A DNA stretch of 64,000 nt from an uncultured OCS116 cluster bacterium (GCA_902633855.1 CACPHU010000004.1:17479-81478), one strand, 5' to 3'; counted from the stretch's first letter, positions 10,275 through 20,875 are shown. The notes: generated by a model not told the origin, from the sequence alone. Program-made: numbers and translations.

Positions 10275-11933
10275 TTACATATTGGAGTAATTTGGTCCAC
10301 CACCTCCTTCGGGCACCTGCCAATTTATATTTTGATTTGGGTCTTTGATATCACAAGTTTTACAGTGTACACAATTTTGAGCGTTGATCTGAAATTTAGG
10401 ACTCTCACCTTCGAGTATCCATTCATATACACCAGCAGGACAGTAATTTGCTGATGGTCCGCCGTAATCGTGATATTCACTAGAGGTTTGCAAACCAAAA
10501 TCACCTACATTCAAATGAACAGGTTGATCCTCTTCATGATTCGTTGATGATAAATAAACCGAAGACAACCTATCGAAAGAATAAACTCCATCCGGCTTTG
10601 GATATTCTATTTTCTTTGATGCAGATTTTTTTTGCAATGTAAGATGATCTGGCTTTTTGTGAGACATTGTAAATGGTATATTAATACCAAGATCTCTTAA
10701 CCACATATCTATACCACCCAAAGCTACACCAACCAAAGTACCGAATTTGGACCATAACGGTTTTATATTCCTTACCTTTGATAATTCTTTCGCTATGGTG
10801 CTTTTATTATACATGTCCTGATAGCTTGATAATTCTTCCGATATTTTCTTTGATGTAAAGCTCTCCAGTAACGCATTAGCAGCTAAAACACCACTAACTA
10901 TTGCATTATGGGATCCTTTAATTCTTGGCACATTTACAAAGCCTGCAGCACATCCAACAAGTAAGCCGCCCGGGAATGTTAATTTTGGAACTGATTGGTA
11001 TCCACCCTCGCTTATTACTCTGGCGCCATATGAGAGTCTTTTACCACCACTCAAAATATCTTTTATAAGCGGATGTGTTTTATATCTCTGAAATTCCTCG
11101 AATGGAGACAAAGATGGGTTTTTATAATTTAGATGAACAACAAAACCGATTGAAACTAAATTTTTCCCAAAATGATACATAAATGACCCTCCACCTGTTT
11201 TATTGTCAAGAGGCCACCCCATGGTATGCTGCACTAGACCAGGTTTATGATTCTCTTCGGGAATTTCCCATAACTCTTTCAGTCCAATACCATATTTTTG
11301 GAAATCTGATTCTTTATCGAGTTGAAATTTTTCTATAACTTTCTTCGTTAAGTGTCCACGAGCACCTTCAGCAAATACTGTATATTTAGCTCTGATTTCC
11401 ATACCTTGCATAAAGGAGTCCTTTTTTTCTCCATTTCTTGAGATACCAAAGTCACCAGTTATGACTCCTACAACTCTATCACCCTGGTAAATTATTTCAG
11501 ATGCTGGAAATCCAGGATAAACTTCAATTCCGAGAGACTGGGCAATACCCCCTAACCATTTGACTACATTTGAGAGGCTTGTCGCAAAACAATTGTGATT
11601 GGACATCAGCCTTGGGAAAAAAAAGTTTGGTATTCTTAAGCTACCAGCTGGTCCTAGAATATAAAATCTATCATCAATCACTTCACTCATAGCTGGAGGG
11701 TCGAGATCTCTCCAATTTGGCAAAAGCATATCCAGGCCAATTGGATCAATTACTGCACCCGAAAGTATGTGGGCACCAACCTCTGAGCCTTTTTCAAGGA
11801 CAACAATATTTATTTCTTGATTATTTTTATTTGCTTCGGTTTTCAGTTTTATTGCCGTTGCTAATCCAGCCGGTCCAGCACCAATTATCAGCACGTCAAC
11901 CTCTATAGACTCTCTTGTATTTTCTTCCTGCAT
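10275..11933 (-). CDS. Electron transfer flavoprotein-ubiquinone oxidoreductase
   Basis: GAGPAG FAD motif, EKGSEVGAHILSGA, C-terminal 4Fe-4S motif CPAGVYE...NCVHCKTCDIKDP. Confidence 0.97.
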   Translation of the reverse strand: MQEENTRESIEVDVLIIGAGPAGLATAIKLKTEANKNNQEINIVVLEKGSEVGAHILSGAVIDPIGLDMLLPNWRDLDPPAMSEVIDDRFYILGPAGSLRIPNFFFPRLMSNHNCFATSLSNVVKWLGGIAQSLGIEVYPGFPASEIIYQGDRVVGVITGDFGISRNGEKKDSFMQGMEIRAKYTVFAEGARGHLTKKVIEKFQLDKESDFQKYGIGLKELWEIPEENHKPGLVQHTMGWPLDNKTGGGSFMYHFGKNLVSIGFVVHLNYKNPSLSPFEEFQRYKTHPLIKDILSGGKRLSYGARVISEGGYQSVPKLTFPGGLLVGCAAGFVNVPRIKGSHNAIVSGVLAANALLESFTSKKISEELSSYQDMYNKSTIAKELSKVRNIKPLWSKFGTLVGVALGGIDMWLRDLGINIPFTMSHKKPDHLTLQKKSASKKIEYPKPDGVYSFDRLSSVYLSSTNHEEDQPVHLNVGDFGLQTSSEYHDYGGPSANYCPAGVYEWILEGESPKFQINAQNCVHCKTCDIKDPNQNINWQVPEGGGGPNYSNM

Positions 11934-12046
11934 TCGTGATGTTAACTCTTTCTATTAATAACTTACTATTATTAACATTAATCATTGTATTTTTGTACTA
12001 TTAATAGATACAATTAAAAAAAAATTCTTAACAAAAACCACGATCT

Positions 12047-12751
12047 ATGAATAATTTAGAAAAAATTGTTTTACTTAATTGGTATGCTGATGAGAATATT
12101 GATTTCGTTCTTAAAAAAAATCAAAAAAAATTTACGCAAGAGAAGCACGCTGGCGTAGATTATGACAAAGTTCATAAAAAAAATGATCTATACGATATAA
12201 AAACAGTTCAAGGTTTGATAGAATATATTGATAAATGTGATATCTCAGACCTGAAAATATACTCAAAACATACTCACATACATCAAGGCAGTCTGAATCC
12301 CGAAATATTGATAGTAAATGACTTTCCAAATTCCGAAGAGGAGGATCAGTCCAACAATATACTGGCTGAAGATTGCAAGGAGTTGTTAATTAAGATGCTT
12401 GGGGCGATTAATGTTGAACTTAAGGAAAACACTATAATAAACACATTTTTTTGGCGAACGCCAGGAGATAGACGACCAACTTCAAATGAGATAGATCAGT
12501 GCAGACCTTTTTTTTATAAAATTATAGAATTACTAGCACCAAAATATATTATTTCTCTTGGAGACTTGGCATTAAGCGTGCTCATGGAGAGTGAAGTTAA
12601 CTTTATTGACTCAAGAGGAAAGACTCTCAATAATAAAAAAATGAATATCCCAATATTCCCCTTATTCCATCCAAGAGTACTAATAAAGCAGCCTTCTCTC
12701 AAACGGCTTGCTTGGGAAGATTTGAAAATAATTGCAAATGAAATTAAATAA
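12047..12751 (+). CDS. Uracil-DNA glycosylase family 4-like protein with degenerate motif A
   Basis: LLIKMLGAI, NTFFWRTPGDRRP, CRPF and FHPRVLIKQPSLKRLAWEDL match alphaproteobacterial UDG-4; conserved position between ETF-QO and moaB. Confidence 0.85.
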   Translation: MNNLEKIVLLNWYADENIDFVLKKNQKKFTQEKHAGVDYDKVHKKNDLYDIKTVQGLIEYIDKCDISDLKIYSKHTHIHQGSLNPEILIVNDFPNSEEEDQSNNILAEDCKELLIKMLGAINVELKENTIINTFFWRTPGDRRPTSNEIDQCRPFFYKIIELLAPKYIISLGDLALSVLMESEVNFIDSRGKTLNNKKMNIPIFPLFHPRVLIKQPSLKRLAWEDLKIIANEIK

Positions 12752-12767
12752 CTATCGGTGATAATTG

Positions 12768-13295
12768 ATGACAGTCGAAAATAAAAATTCTTTTATTAGC
12801 CTGAATATTGGCGTGATAACTGTATCCGATACTAGAAATAAAACAAATGATAAATCAGGCGACTTTTTATCGCAGGCGATAAATGACGCAAAACACTGTT
12901 TGATTGACAGACGAATTATCCCTGACGAAATAAGAGAAATTCAAGGCATTATAAAAGAGTGGGTAAGCACAAATAACTTTGACGCAATAATAACAACTGG
13001 AGGGACGGGATTAACAGGTCGAGATGTGACGCCTGATGCCATTATGCCACTTCTTGATAAAGAAATCAGTGGCTTCTCTGCTCTATTCCACCAAATAAGC
13101 TCATCAAAGATTGGGACATCGACAATCCAATCGAGAGCATTTGGGGGGATTTATAATAATGTATTCATATTTTGCCTGCCAGGCTCCCCAAATGCATGCA
13201 AGGATGCATGGAATGAAATTCTTGTTCATCAATTTGATATAAATCATAAGCCATGCAACCTTGTTGAGATTATGCCAAGGCTCTCTGAAAAATAA
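12768..13295 (+). CDS. moaB: Molybdenum cofactor biosynthesis protein B
   Basis: ITVSDTR, DKSG, TTGGTGLTGRDVTP, QSRA, LPGSPNAC. Confidence 0.95.
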   Translation: MTVENKNSFISLNIGVITVSDTRNKTNDKSGDFLSQAINDAKHCLIDRRIIPDEIREIQGIIKEWVSTNNFDAIITTGGTGLTGRDVTPDAIMPLLDKEISGFSALFHQISSSKIGTSTIQSRAFGGIYNNVFIFCLPGSPNACKDAWNEILVHQFDINHKPCNLVEIMPRLSEK

Positions 13296-13301
13296 TGTTT
13301 A

Positions 13302-13925
13302 ATGAACTCATCTAGAAAACCAGATTTATCGATAGAAAAAAAATGGTGGTTTCAAGGATTTAATCTGATCGCTGGGGTTGATGAGGTTGGCAGAGGCCCA
13401 ATAGCTGGCCCAGTTGTTGCAGCCGCGGTTATTTTAAAAAAAAATTATATTCCACCTGGTATTGATGACTCAAAAAAAATTTCACCATTGGATAGGGAGA
13501 TATTATTTGAACAAATATTGAAAAATTCCCATGTTGGTATTGGAGTTGCTGATGTTGAATGCGTCGATACCATTAACGTATTAAACGCAACAAAACATGC
13601 AATGAACACAGCATATAAAAAATTAAAAAAAAGACCTGATATATTGCTCATTGATGGAAATTTTAAGATCAATACTGAAATTGTGAATATACCTATCATA
13701 AAGGGTGATCAAAAATCAATCTCAATAGCAGCGGCCTCAATCATTGCAAAGGTTGTACGCGATAGAATTATGGATAAATTTTCTTTTGTATTTAATAAAT
13801 ACACATTCAACAAGCATAAGGGTTACCCAACAAAAAATCATATTAGTGAAATTGAAAAATATGGAGTATTGGCTATTCACAGAAAAACATTTAGTCCGGT
13901 AAATGAAATAATTAAAAAAAATTAA
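13302..13925 (+). CDS. rnhB: Ribonuclease HII
   Basis: GVDEVGRGPIAGPV, DSKK, KGD...SIAAASIIAKV.RD, HRKTF. Confidence 0.97.
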   Translation: MNSSRKPDLSIEKKWWFQGFNLIAGVDEVGRGPIAGPVVAAAVILKKNYIPPGIDDSKKISPLDREILFEQILKNSHVGIGVADVECVDTINVLNATKHAMNTAYKKLKKRPDILLIDGNFKINTEIVNIPIIKGDQKSISIAAASIIAKVVRDRIMDKFSFVFNKYTFNKHKGYPTKNHISEIEKYGVLAIHRKTFSPVNEIIKKN

Positions 13926-13989
13926 TTTAGAAAATAATAACCTTTTTGATGTCAAAATATGAGTTCAGAAATATATATGAACTACTTTG

Positions 13990-15093
13990 ATGTTAAAAAA
14001 AAATATTACAGAATTATCCGCGGATCAAACCAATAAAATATTTAATGGTGACTCGATCGAGATAATGAGGGAAATGCCCGATAATTCAGTTGATCTAATC
14101 TTTGCAGATCCACCATACAATCTTCAACTAAATGACACTATTTATAGACCTGATTATTCAGATGTTGATTCTGTTCGTGAAGATTGGGATAAATTCGAAA
14201 ACTACAAATCATATGACACCTTTACTTCAAATTGGCTAAAGGAATGTAAAAGACTATTAAAACCATCAGGTACAATATGGGTGATTGGCAGCTATCATAA
14301 TATTTTTAGAGTTGGTTACATTATGCAAAATATGGAATTCTGGACCCTTAATGATATTATCTGGACAAAAACCAATCCAATGCCTCATTTTCGTGGAAGA
14401 AGATTTACAAATGCACATGAAACAATTATTTGGGCAGCCAAAGACAAAAAATCTAGATATAAATTTAATTATGATGCCATGAAGAGTTTGAATGATGATA
14501 TACAAATGAGATCTGATTGGCACATCCCAATCTGTAATGGTAAGGAGCGCCTTCGTGATAATGATGGGACAAAATTACACCCAACACAAAAGCCTGAAGC
14601 TTTAATTTATAGAGTTATTGTATCGTCATCTGATCCAAATGCTATTGTTCTTGATCCATTTTCAGGAAGTGGAACCACGGCCGCAGTTTGTAAAAAATTA
14701 GGGCGACGTTGGATAGGTATTGAAAAGAATAAGGATTACGTTCGGATTGCAGAGCAAAGAATTGAGGAAATTGATAATCCCTGCTCATCAAGCATAAATA
14801 TAAAATCGACAAAAAGAGACCAGGTTAGAATACCATTTGGAACACTTATCGAAAGAGGATTGATTGAGATCGGCGAAAAGCTCTATTGTTCAAAAAAGAA
14901 AAACATTGCCATTGTTCAAGCTGATGGGACGCTTCAAGCTGATAAAGTTAATGGTTCAATTCACAAAATTGGAGCTCATTATCAGGGAACAGAAAGTTGC
15001 AATGGATGGATATATTGGCATTTTCTTAAAAACAATAGCCTCGTTCCAATAGATAAAATACGTGACCAGATTAAGTCTGGTATCGATGAGTAA
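13990..15093 (+). CDS. ccrM: Cell-cycle-regulated DNA adenine-N6 methyltransferase CcrM ortholog (beta class)
   Basis: FADPPYNLQL, WVIGSYHNIFRVG, HPTQKPEAL, LDPFSGSGTT and C-terminal GSIHKIGA...CNGW domain; rnhB-ccrM synteny. Confidence 0.96.
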   Translation: MLKKNITELSADQTNKIFNGDSIEIMREMPDNSVDLIFADPPYNLQLNDTIYRPDYSDVDSVREDWDKFENYKSYDTFTSNWLKECKRLLKPSGTIWVIGSYHNIFRVGYIMQNMEFWTLNDIIWTKTNPMPHFRGRRFTNAHETIIWAAKDKKSRYKFNYDAMKSLNDDIQMRSDWHIPICNGKERLRDNDGTKLHPTQKPEALIYRVIVSSSDPNAIVLDPFSGSGTTAAVCKKLGRRWIGIEKNKDYVRIAEQRIEEIDNPCSSSINIKSTKRDQVRIPFGTLIERGLIEIGEKLYCSKKKNIAIVQADGTLQADKVNGSIHKIGAHYQGTESCNGWIYWHFLKNNSLVPIDKIRDQIKSGIDE

Positions 15094-15108
15094 TGCATAC
15101 AAGATAAT

Positions 15109-16158
15109 TCAAACTTTTATGTATTTAGATGCCTTCCTCATTAGGCTTGATAAACCAAGTTGATCTAGCTGGTTTGGTTTTTTCCATATTCCATTTTGTG
15201 GTACTGTAATATTCTTAATATCACTGGACTCATTATCAACTTTTATAACAGTTAGTTCTAAAGTAAAATGTGAAAATCTATGATTAACTTTCCCAACAAC
15301 ATTCATTTTCTGATATGACTTATGGGAGTCTGATGGTGGCATCGCTTCACACCAATCTGTCGTCGGAAATTGATAAGTTTTTGCCAAAAGCCCTTTTTCT
15401 GCTCTTCTTTCAAGGAGATACGAGCCATCCGACCTTTCAATTAAATAAACACTTCCATATCTTTGAGGAATTATTTTTTTTATTTTTTTTAATGTAAATT
15501 CAAATTTATTATTTTTGTACGAATTACACCCCCTTTTCAAAGGGCATTTTTCACAATCAGGTAATTTCGGAGTGCACAGCGATGATCCGAGGTCCATCAA
15601 ACCCTGAATAAGATCTCTGGGAGAGTCATTACTGGTCAGTAATAAAACAATATCTTGAACCTTTTTTCGGTTACGAGCTGGTTTTTTAAAATCTAATTGG
15701 TAATACCTTGTTATTACCCTCTGTATATTTGTATCTACTGCTTTTGAAGGAAGATTATATGCGATAGATGCAATAGCCGATGACATGTATTCGCCTACGC
15801 CTGGAAATGTTTTTAGAGTATCAATATCTTTTGGTATTTTGTTTGAGTAATCATGAAAAATTATTTTTGAGGTTTTTAATAAATTAATTCCCCTTGAGTA
15901 ATATCCGAGTCCAGACCAAATTTCTAGAACCTCATCTTCGGTCGCATTTGATAGATCCTTATTAGTAGGCCATCTTTCTATAAATCTATCATAATAATTT
16001 AAGACAGTTGCAACCGTGGTTTGCTGCAGCATAAATTCGCTAACAAGGATCTGATAGGGTGCGTTTTCATGGTTAAATGCATTTCTCCAAGGAAGATTTC
16101 TTTTGTTTGACTTATACCATGAAATTAGTGGGTATGTTATATCGTTTGATTTGTACAT
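15109..16158 (-). CDS. mutY: A/G-specific adenine glycosylase
   Basis: RNLPWR, VSEFMLQQT, WSGLGYYSR, VDTN, Fe-S motif C-X6-C-X2-C-X5-C, HRFSHF; start placed at ATG 16158. Confidence 0.96.
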   Translation of the reverse strand: MYKSNDITYPLISWYKSNKRNLPWRNAFNHENAPYQILVSEFMLQQTTVATVLNYYDRFIERWPTNKDLSNATEDEVLEIWSGLGYYSRGINLLKTSKIIFHDYSNKIPKDIDTLKTFPGVGEYMSSAIASIAYNLPSKAVDTNIQRVITRYYQLDFKKPARNRKKVQDIVLLLTSNDSPRDLIQGLMDLGSSLCTPKLPDCEKCPLKRGCNSYKNNKFEFTLKKIKKIIPQRYGSVYLIERSDGSYLLERRAEKGLLAKTYQFPTTDWCEAMPPSDSHKSYQKMNVVGKVNHRFSHFTLELTVIKVDNESSDIKNITVPQNGIWKKPNQLDQLGLSSLMRKASKYIKV

Positions 16159-16208
16159 TTCTGCAATTAATAATAATATAATAATGTAGAAATAGAAATG
16201 GTAACCCA

Positions 16209-16739
16209 ATGTCTAAACAAGATAATATATATAATTTAGCAGGCCATTATAACTCAAGATTACATATTAGTAATTTTATTGAGCCTTTAATAAAACCACT
16301 AAAGAAAAAATATGGGGTTAAAGTTGATGAACTTTCAATACTTTGGGATCAAGTTTTTGAGGATCAATACAAAGATCAAGTTTATCCAAAAAAAATATCT
16401 ACTGAATATAGGTTTATTAATGGTGAAAAAAAAATATATAGAAAATTACATCTTGAGGTATCTGGTTCTTCTGCAATAGAAATGCAATACAGACGGAACT
16501 CAATAATTGACAGAGTGAATGAAATATATGGTCAAAATTTCATTTCAGATTTAGTCATCAAAAATAAACCTGGCAAAAACAAAATTAATTACAAAGACAC
16601 AGCTTCCAATAATACAACATCTGAGCTTCCATGCCTAACTAGTCATGAAGCCCAGGCAGAAAAAAGCAAAACTCTTGAAGACGCTCTGGCAAAGCTCGGT
16701 AAAAATATAAAGGAGAAAAGAAAAAATGAGAAGAAATAA
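16209..16739 (+). CDS. DciA/DUF721-family protein (putative helicase loader)
   Basis: W...P.KI, LHLEVSGSSAIEMQY...IIDRVNEIYG pattern; mutY/DUF721-dsbA-smc synteny. Confidence 0.75.
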   Translation: MSKQDNIYNLAGHYNSRLHISNFIEPLIKPLKKKYGVKVDELSILWDQVFEDQYKDQVYPKKISTEYRFINGEKKIYRKLHLEVSGSSAIEMQYRRNSIIDRVNEIYGQNFISDLVIKNKPGKNKINYKDTASNNTTSELPCLTSHEAQAEKSKTLEDALAKLGKNIKEKRKNEKK

Positions 16740-17415
16740 AATATTATTACTATTTTTCGGACTGATTTTCATTGTTATCACGTTTTATTTTTCTGTTGGC
16801 TCATACACAGATAAATCATCCCGTGTAGACTATCTATTTATGGAAGATAGAAGTATTAATATGGAAAACCTTTCAGTATCCGAAGTATCTCTTCAGGAGT
16901 TATCAATCGGTGACGATGATGCCCCAGTAACAATTATTGAATACGCATCAATGACTTGTTCCCATTGCGCTGATTTTCATACCGAAACCTATCCTGCTTT
17001 AAAGAAAGATTATATTGAAAAGGGTGAAGTTAAATTTATATTCAAGGAATTTCCACTAGATAAACTCTCAATGGCGACCTCAATGCTGGCGCGTTGCGTA
17101 GATAACAGTATTTCTCTCGCTTTCATTGATATTTTATTTCAAAAAAGAAGTAAGTGGTATTCGGATAATGCAATTGCTGAGTTAAAAAGTCTATCAAAAC
17201 AGGCAGGGCTAAGCAGCGAAGATTTTGACCAATGCTTGAATGATCAAGAATTACTAGACCAACTGATTATGCAAAAAGAAAATGCTATAAAGGAGTTTCA
17301 GATAAACTCCACACCATCCTTTATTATTAACGGTAAAGTGATATCCGGTAACAAACCTTATTCATATTTTAAATCAGAAATAGAAAGAATATTGGACTCA
17401 TACAAAGGAGTTTAG
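16726..17415 (+). CDS. DsbA-family thiol:disulfide oxidoreductase
   Basis: N-terminal TM anchor, APVTIIEYASMTCSHC, EFPLD, STPSFIING. Confidence 0.92.
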   Translation: MRRNKILLLFFGLIFIVITFYFSVGSYTDKSSRVDYLFMEDRSINMENLSVSEVSLQELSIGDDDAPVTIIEYASMTCSHCADFHTETYPALKKDYIEKGEVKFIFKEFPLDKLSMATSMLARCVDNSISLAFIDILFQKRSKWYSDNAIAELKSLSKQAGLSSEDFDQCLNDQELLDQLIMQKENAIKEFQINSTPSFIINGKVISGNKPYSYFKSEIERILDSYKGV

Positions 17416-17431
17416 GAGGATCTATTCCAAA

Positions 17432-20400
17432 ATGGAATTAAAAAAAATTAAACTGCACGGTTTCAAGTCTTTTGAAAAACAAACTGAGTTTGAAATAAAC
17501 AAGGGTCTGACTGGAATCGTTGGGCCTAATGGCTGCGGTAAGTCAAATGTTTTAGACAGCCTCCAATGGGTTATGGGTGAAACATCCTATAAGAATCTCC
17601 GTGGGTCAGAAATGGATGATGTCATTTTTTCAGGTACTGACACAAGCCCGTCTAGAAACTTTGCTGAAGTTTCTGTAATTATGCGCGAAACTAATAACAC
17701 TTCAGATGAGAGTAAAGCTAGTGGTGATGAATATGAAATCAAGAGAAGGATTGAGAGAAATTCCGGCTCGAAATACTATATTAATTCAATAGAAAAAAGA
17801 GCGAAAGACGTTCAATTATTTTTTGCGGATAATTCTCTCGGCCCGCATTCAATATCAATTGTTAAGCAGGGTCAAATTAACCAAATTATTGAGTCAAAGC
17901 CGAATGAGCGAAGAAAGATACTAGAAGAAGCAGCAGGTATTAGTGGTCTCCATCACCGCAAGCATGAAGCGATACTTAAGCTTAATGCAACAAGACTAAA
18001 TATAGAGCGACTTGCTGATATTATTAGTGTTGTAGGAACCGAGATGTCTTCACTCAAAAGACAAGCAAATCAAGCTGAAAAGTTTAAAGCCATTGCTTCC
18101 CAAATAAGGGATTATGAAAAAGAATTACTGAAAATAGATTGGCACTCGATTGAGGCTAAAAGAAAGGAATTAGATCAAAATATCAAAGACATACAGGATA
18201 ATGTAAAAAATATAAAAAATGAAATTGGTAGTTTAGAATTTGAAAATAAGGACCTTGGTGATTTCATGAAGCCCATTAGACAGGAATATGAAAACCTTAT
18301 TGATGATCTTCAGCAAAAAAGGAGTAACGAACTTAATTTAAAAAATGAATTACAATACACAATAGAAAAAATTACTACAGCCAGTAAACAAGTAGACCAA
18401 ATATTGATAGATTTGGATCGCGAAAAAATAAACCTAACTGACCAAGAGAGTCAACTCAAAGACTTGGATGGTAAATTAGCAGAACTAAACAAAACCATTA
18501 ATGATATAGAAAAGATTGAGAGCAATATCATACAGGCATCAAGTGATGCTACAGATAGTTATAAGATACTAGAAAAAGAATATAATAGTCATCTATCGGA
18601 AGTGCTAACCATGGAGACTGAAAATAAAAACATTGAAGATCAAATTGAAGAATGCCATGAAAACCTAAGAAAGCTATCAAACGAGCTAGAAAATGCCCAA
18701 AAAAATAAATCTTATCATGGTGTAGATGACTCCAGCGAAAAAGATAGAGACTTGTATATAAATAAGCGGAAAAAGATAGAAGAAAGCCTCATATCTACCC
18801 TCAGAGATATTGATCAATGCGAAGAAAATAAAAGGAAACTCTCACAGGATTTAGAGAAAAATAAAGAATTAAGTTTAATCTTAGATTTCGAGATCAGGCA
18901 ATCACAAAAAACTAAAAAAGAGCTCGAAGAATACCTATTAAGTATCGAAAATCCTGATGCTATAGTCAATAAAATTAAAATTACTGATGGTTTTGAAAAG
19001 AAAGTTGGAAGAATTCTCAATGATCTTGAAATTTCTACACTTAAAAAAGGTAAGAAATTTTGGATCAACACCAATCAGGATTTTGATGATGAATTTGCAG
19101 ATTGTATAACGCCACTAGCTGACTTAATTGAAGGGCCGGAGGAGATACATATATTTTTGAGATATACTGGATATACAGAGGTAAACGAAATAAATAAAAT
19201 TATGGAGTTATTGAGACCGGGGCAGCAAGTTATTAATGCCAATGGCGAAATGATAAGGTGGGACGGCTTTGTGCAGAAATTTAATACTGATACTGAAAAT
19301 ATAAACATACCACATGCTAAAACGAAAATTATAGATCTGAGTAAAAATATACAAAGCAACGAAATGAAACTAGAAACTCTAAAAAAGGATGCAAGAGAAG
19401 TTTCTGAAAATCTTGAAAAAATCATAAACCAGCAGTCAATGGAAAAAGAAAATTGGAAGAGGCTTATCGAGGAGCAAAAACTGGTGACTGATAATATTAA
19501 GGAGTTAGATAAAAAAATAATTACCGAAAAAGACTCAGCTTTATCAAATGAAATTAAGATAAACTCATTAGAAGAAAATATAAAAATTAATAATAGAAAT
19601 ATTGAGTCATTGAGCTCAAAGAAAATTAACAAAAGTGAAATAGAAAAAGCCCAAAATACTCTAGATAAAGCAAAACAAGATTTCTATAATGCAAAAACGA
19701 TAGCGGACATTAAGGAAGCAAATACTCAAAATATTCTACGAGAGAAAAGAGATCTTGAGAAAAACCAAAAGGATCTCATTGAGAATAGAAATTCATGGGA
19801 AGTTAGAAAAAACCAAACAGAGAACCATCTAAAGGATCTAAATCAGAGACTAAATAATTCAGAAGAACTATTGAAAAGCATAGAGTCTGAGCCCGAAAAA
19901 ATAAAACATAAACAATCAGAGATTGAGCTTGAACTTGAACGTTCGACTCAGAGGAAAAAAGATTTACAAGTAAAATTAGATACGTATGAGCAAAAATATC
20001 AAAAAAATAATGAAAAAATAAAATCATTAGAGTCTGATCTGATGAAAGACTCTGAAATGTTAATCCAAGCCAGAACTAAATTAGAAAATCTTGATGATAG
20101 GAAGATCGAGTTGAATGATAAAATCAAGATTAATTTAGGGATAAACTCAAAAGATTTATTCGATGATACAAGCCCAAGCTCTCTTGACCGAGAAAAAATC
20201 ATTGAGTTGTTATCACAAGCATACTCACAGCGGGAAAAAATTGGAGCAGTAAATCTAACAGCCTCAGATCAATATGCAGAAAAAAAAGAATACCACGAGA
20301 CGCTTTGCCGCGAAAATGATGATCTTGTCTCAGCGACTGAAACATTACATAAGGGAATTGTAGAAATAGATAGAGAAGCGCGGGAACGCTTGCAGCAGTC

Positions 20401-20875
20401 CTATGAAAAAGTAAACTCTAATTTTAAGCTTTTATTTGAAAAATTATTTGAAGGTGGAAAAGCTGAACTTAAATTGGATGACAATGAGGATATATTAAAT
20501 GCAGGTCTTGACATTGTTGCATGGCCACCAGGTAAAAAACCACAAACAATATCATTACTATCTGGAGGTGAACAAGCACTCACAGTGATTGCACTTATAT
20601 TAGCTGTTTTCTTGGAAAATCCAGCTCCTGTGTGTATTCTTGACGAAGTTGACGCGCCATTAGACGATACTAATGTTAAAAAATTTTGTGACACACTTGA
20701 TGATCTATCGAAAAATTCAAATACAAAGTTTCTCATAGTTACCCACCATCCTTATACAATGTCTCGGATGGATAGGCTTTTTGGGATAACAATGGCTAAG
20801 AAGGGTGAGAGTGTTATGCTTTCTGTAGACCTAAATCAAGCAGAAAAGATGGTGAATGAAGAGATTGTCGCATGA
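17432..20875 (+). CDS. smc: Chromosome segregation protein SMC
   Basis: GFKSF, Walker A GPNGCGKSN, long coiled coils, LLSGGE signature, LDEVDAPLD. Confidence 0.97.
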   Translation: MELKKIKLHGFKSFEKQTEFEINKGLTGIVGPNGCGKSNVLDSLQWVMGETSYKNLRGSEMDDVIFSGTDTSPSRNFAEVSVIMRETNNTSDESKASGDEYEIKRRIERNSGSKYYINSIEKRAKDVQLFFADNSLGPHSISIVKQGQINQIIESKPNERRKILEEAAGISGLHHRKHEAILKLNATRLNIERLADIISVVGTEMSSLKRQANQAEKFKAIASQIRDYEKELLKIDWHSIEAKRKELDQNIKDIQDNVKNIKNEIGSLEFENKDLGDFMKPIRQEYENLIDDLQQKRSNELNLKNELQYTIEKITTASKQVDQILIDLDREKINLTDQESQLKDLDGKLAELNKTINDIEKIESNIIQASSDATDSYKILEKEYNSHLSEVLTMETENKNIEDQIEECHENLRKLSNELENAQKNKSYHGVDDSSEKDRDLYINKRKKIEESLISTLRDIDQCEENKRKLSQDLEKNKELSLILDFEIRQSQKTKKELEEYLLSIENPDAIVNKIKITDGFEKKVGRILNDLEISTLKKGKKFWINTNQDFDDEFADCITPLADLIEGPEEIHIFLRYTGYTEVNEINKIMELLRPGQQVINANGEMIRWDGFVQKFNTDTENINIPHAKTKIIDLSKNIQSNEMKLETLKKDAREVSENLEKIINQQSMEKENWKRLIEEQKLVTDNIKELDKKIITEKDSALSNEIKINSLEENIKINNRNIESLSSKKINKSEIEKAQNTLDKAKQDFYNAKTIADIKEANTQNILREKRDLEKNQKDLIENRNSWEVRKNQTENHLKDLNQRLNNSEELLKSIESEPEKIKHKQSEIELELERSTQRKKDLQVKLDTYEQKYQKNNEKIKSLESDLMKDSEMLIQARTKLENLDDRKIELNDKIKINLGINSKDLFDDTSPSSLDREKIIELLSQAYSQREKIGAVNLTASDQYAEKKEYHETLCRENDDLVSATETLHKGIVEIDREARERLQQSYEKVNSNFKLLFEKLFEGGKAELKLDDNEDILNAGLDIVAWPPGKKPQTISLLSGGEQALTVIALILAVFLENPAPVCILDEVDAPLDDTNVKKFCDTLDDLSKNSNTKFLIVTHHPYTMSRMDRLFGITMAKKGESVMLSVDLNQAEKMVNEEIVA

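Noticed and set aside
13962-13983. AGTTCA-N10-TGAACT inverted repeat upstream of ccrM; also searched for a CtrA box
   Set aside because: Only 6-bp arms in AT-rich DNA, and no TTAA-N7-TTAA match found; too weak to call
13990-20875. Methyltransferase plus SMC ATPase as a possible defence system (R-M or Wadjet-like)
   Set aside because: Both are housekeeping CcrM and SMC in standard alphaproteobacterial synteny; no nuclease or Jet partners present
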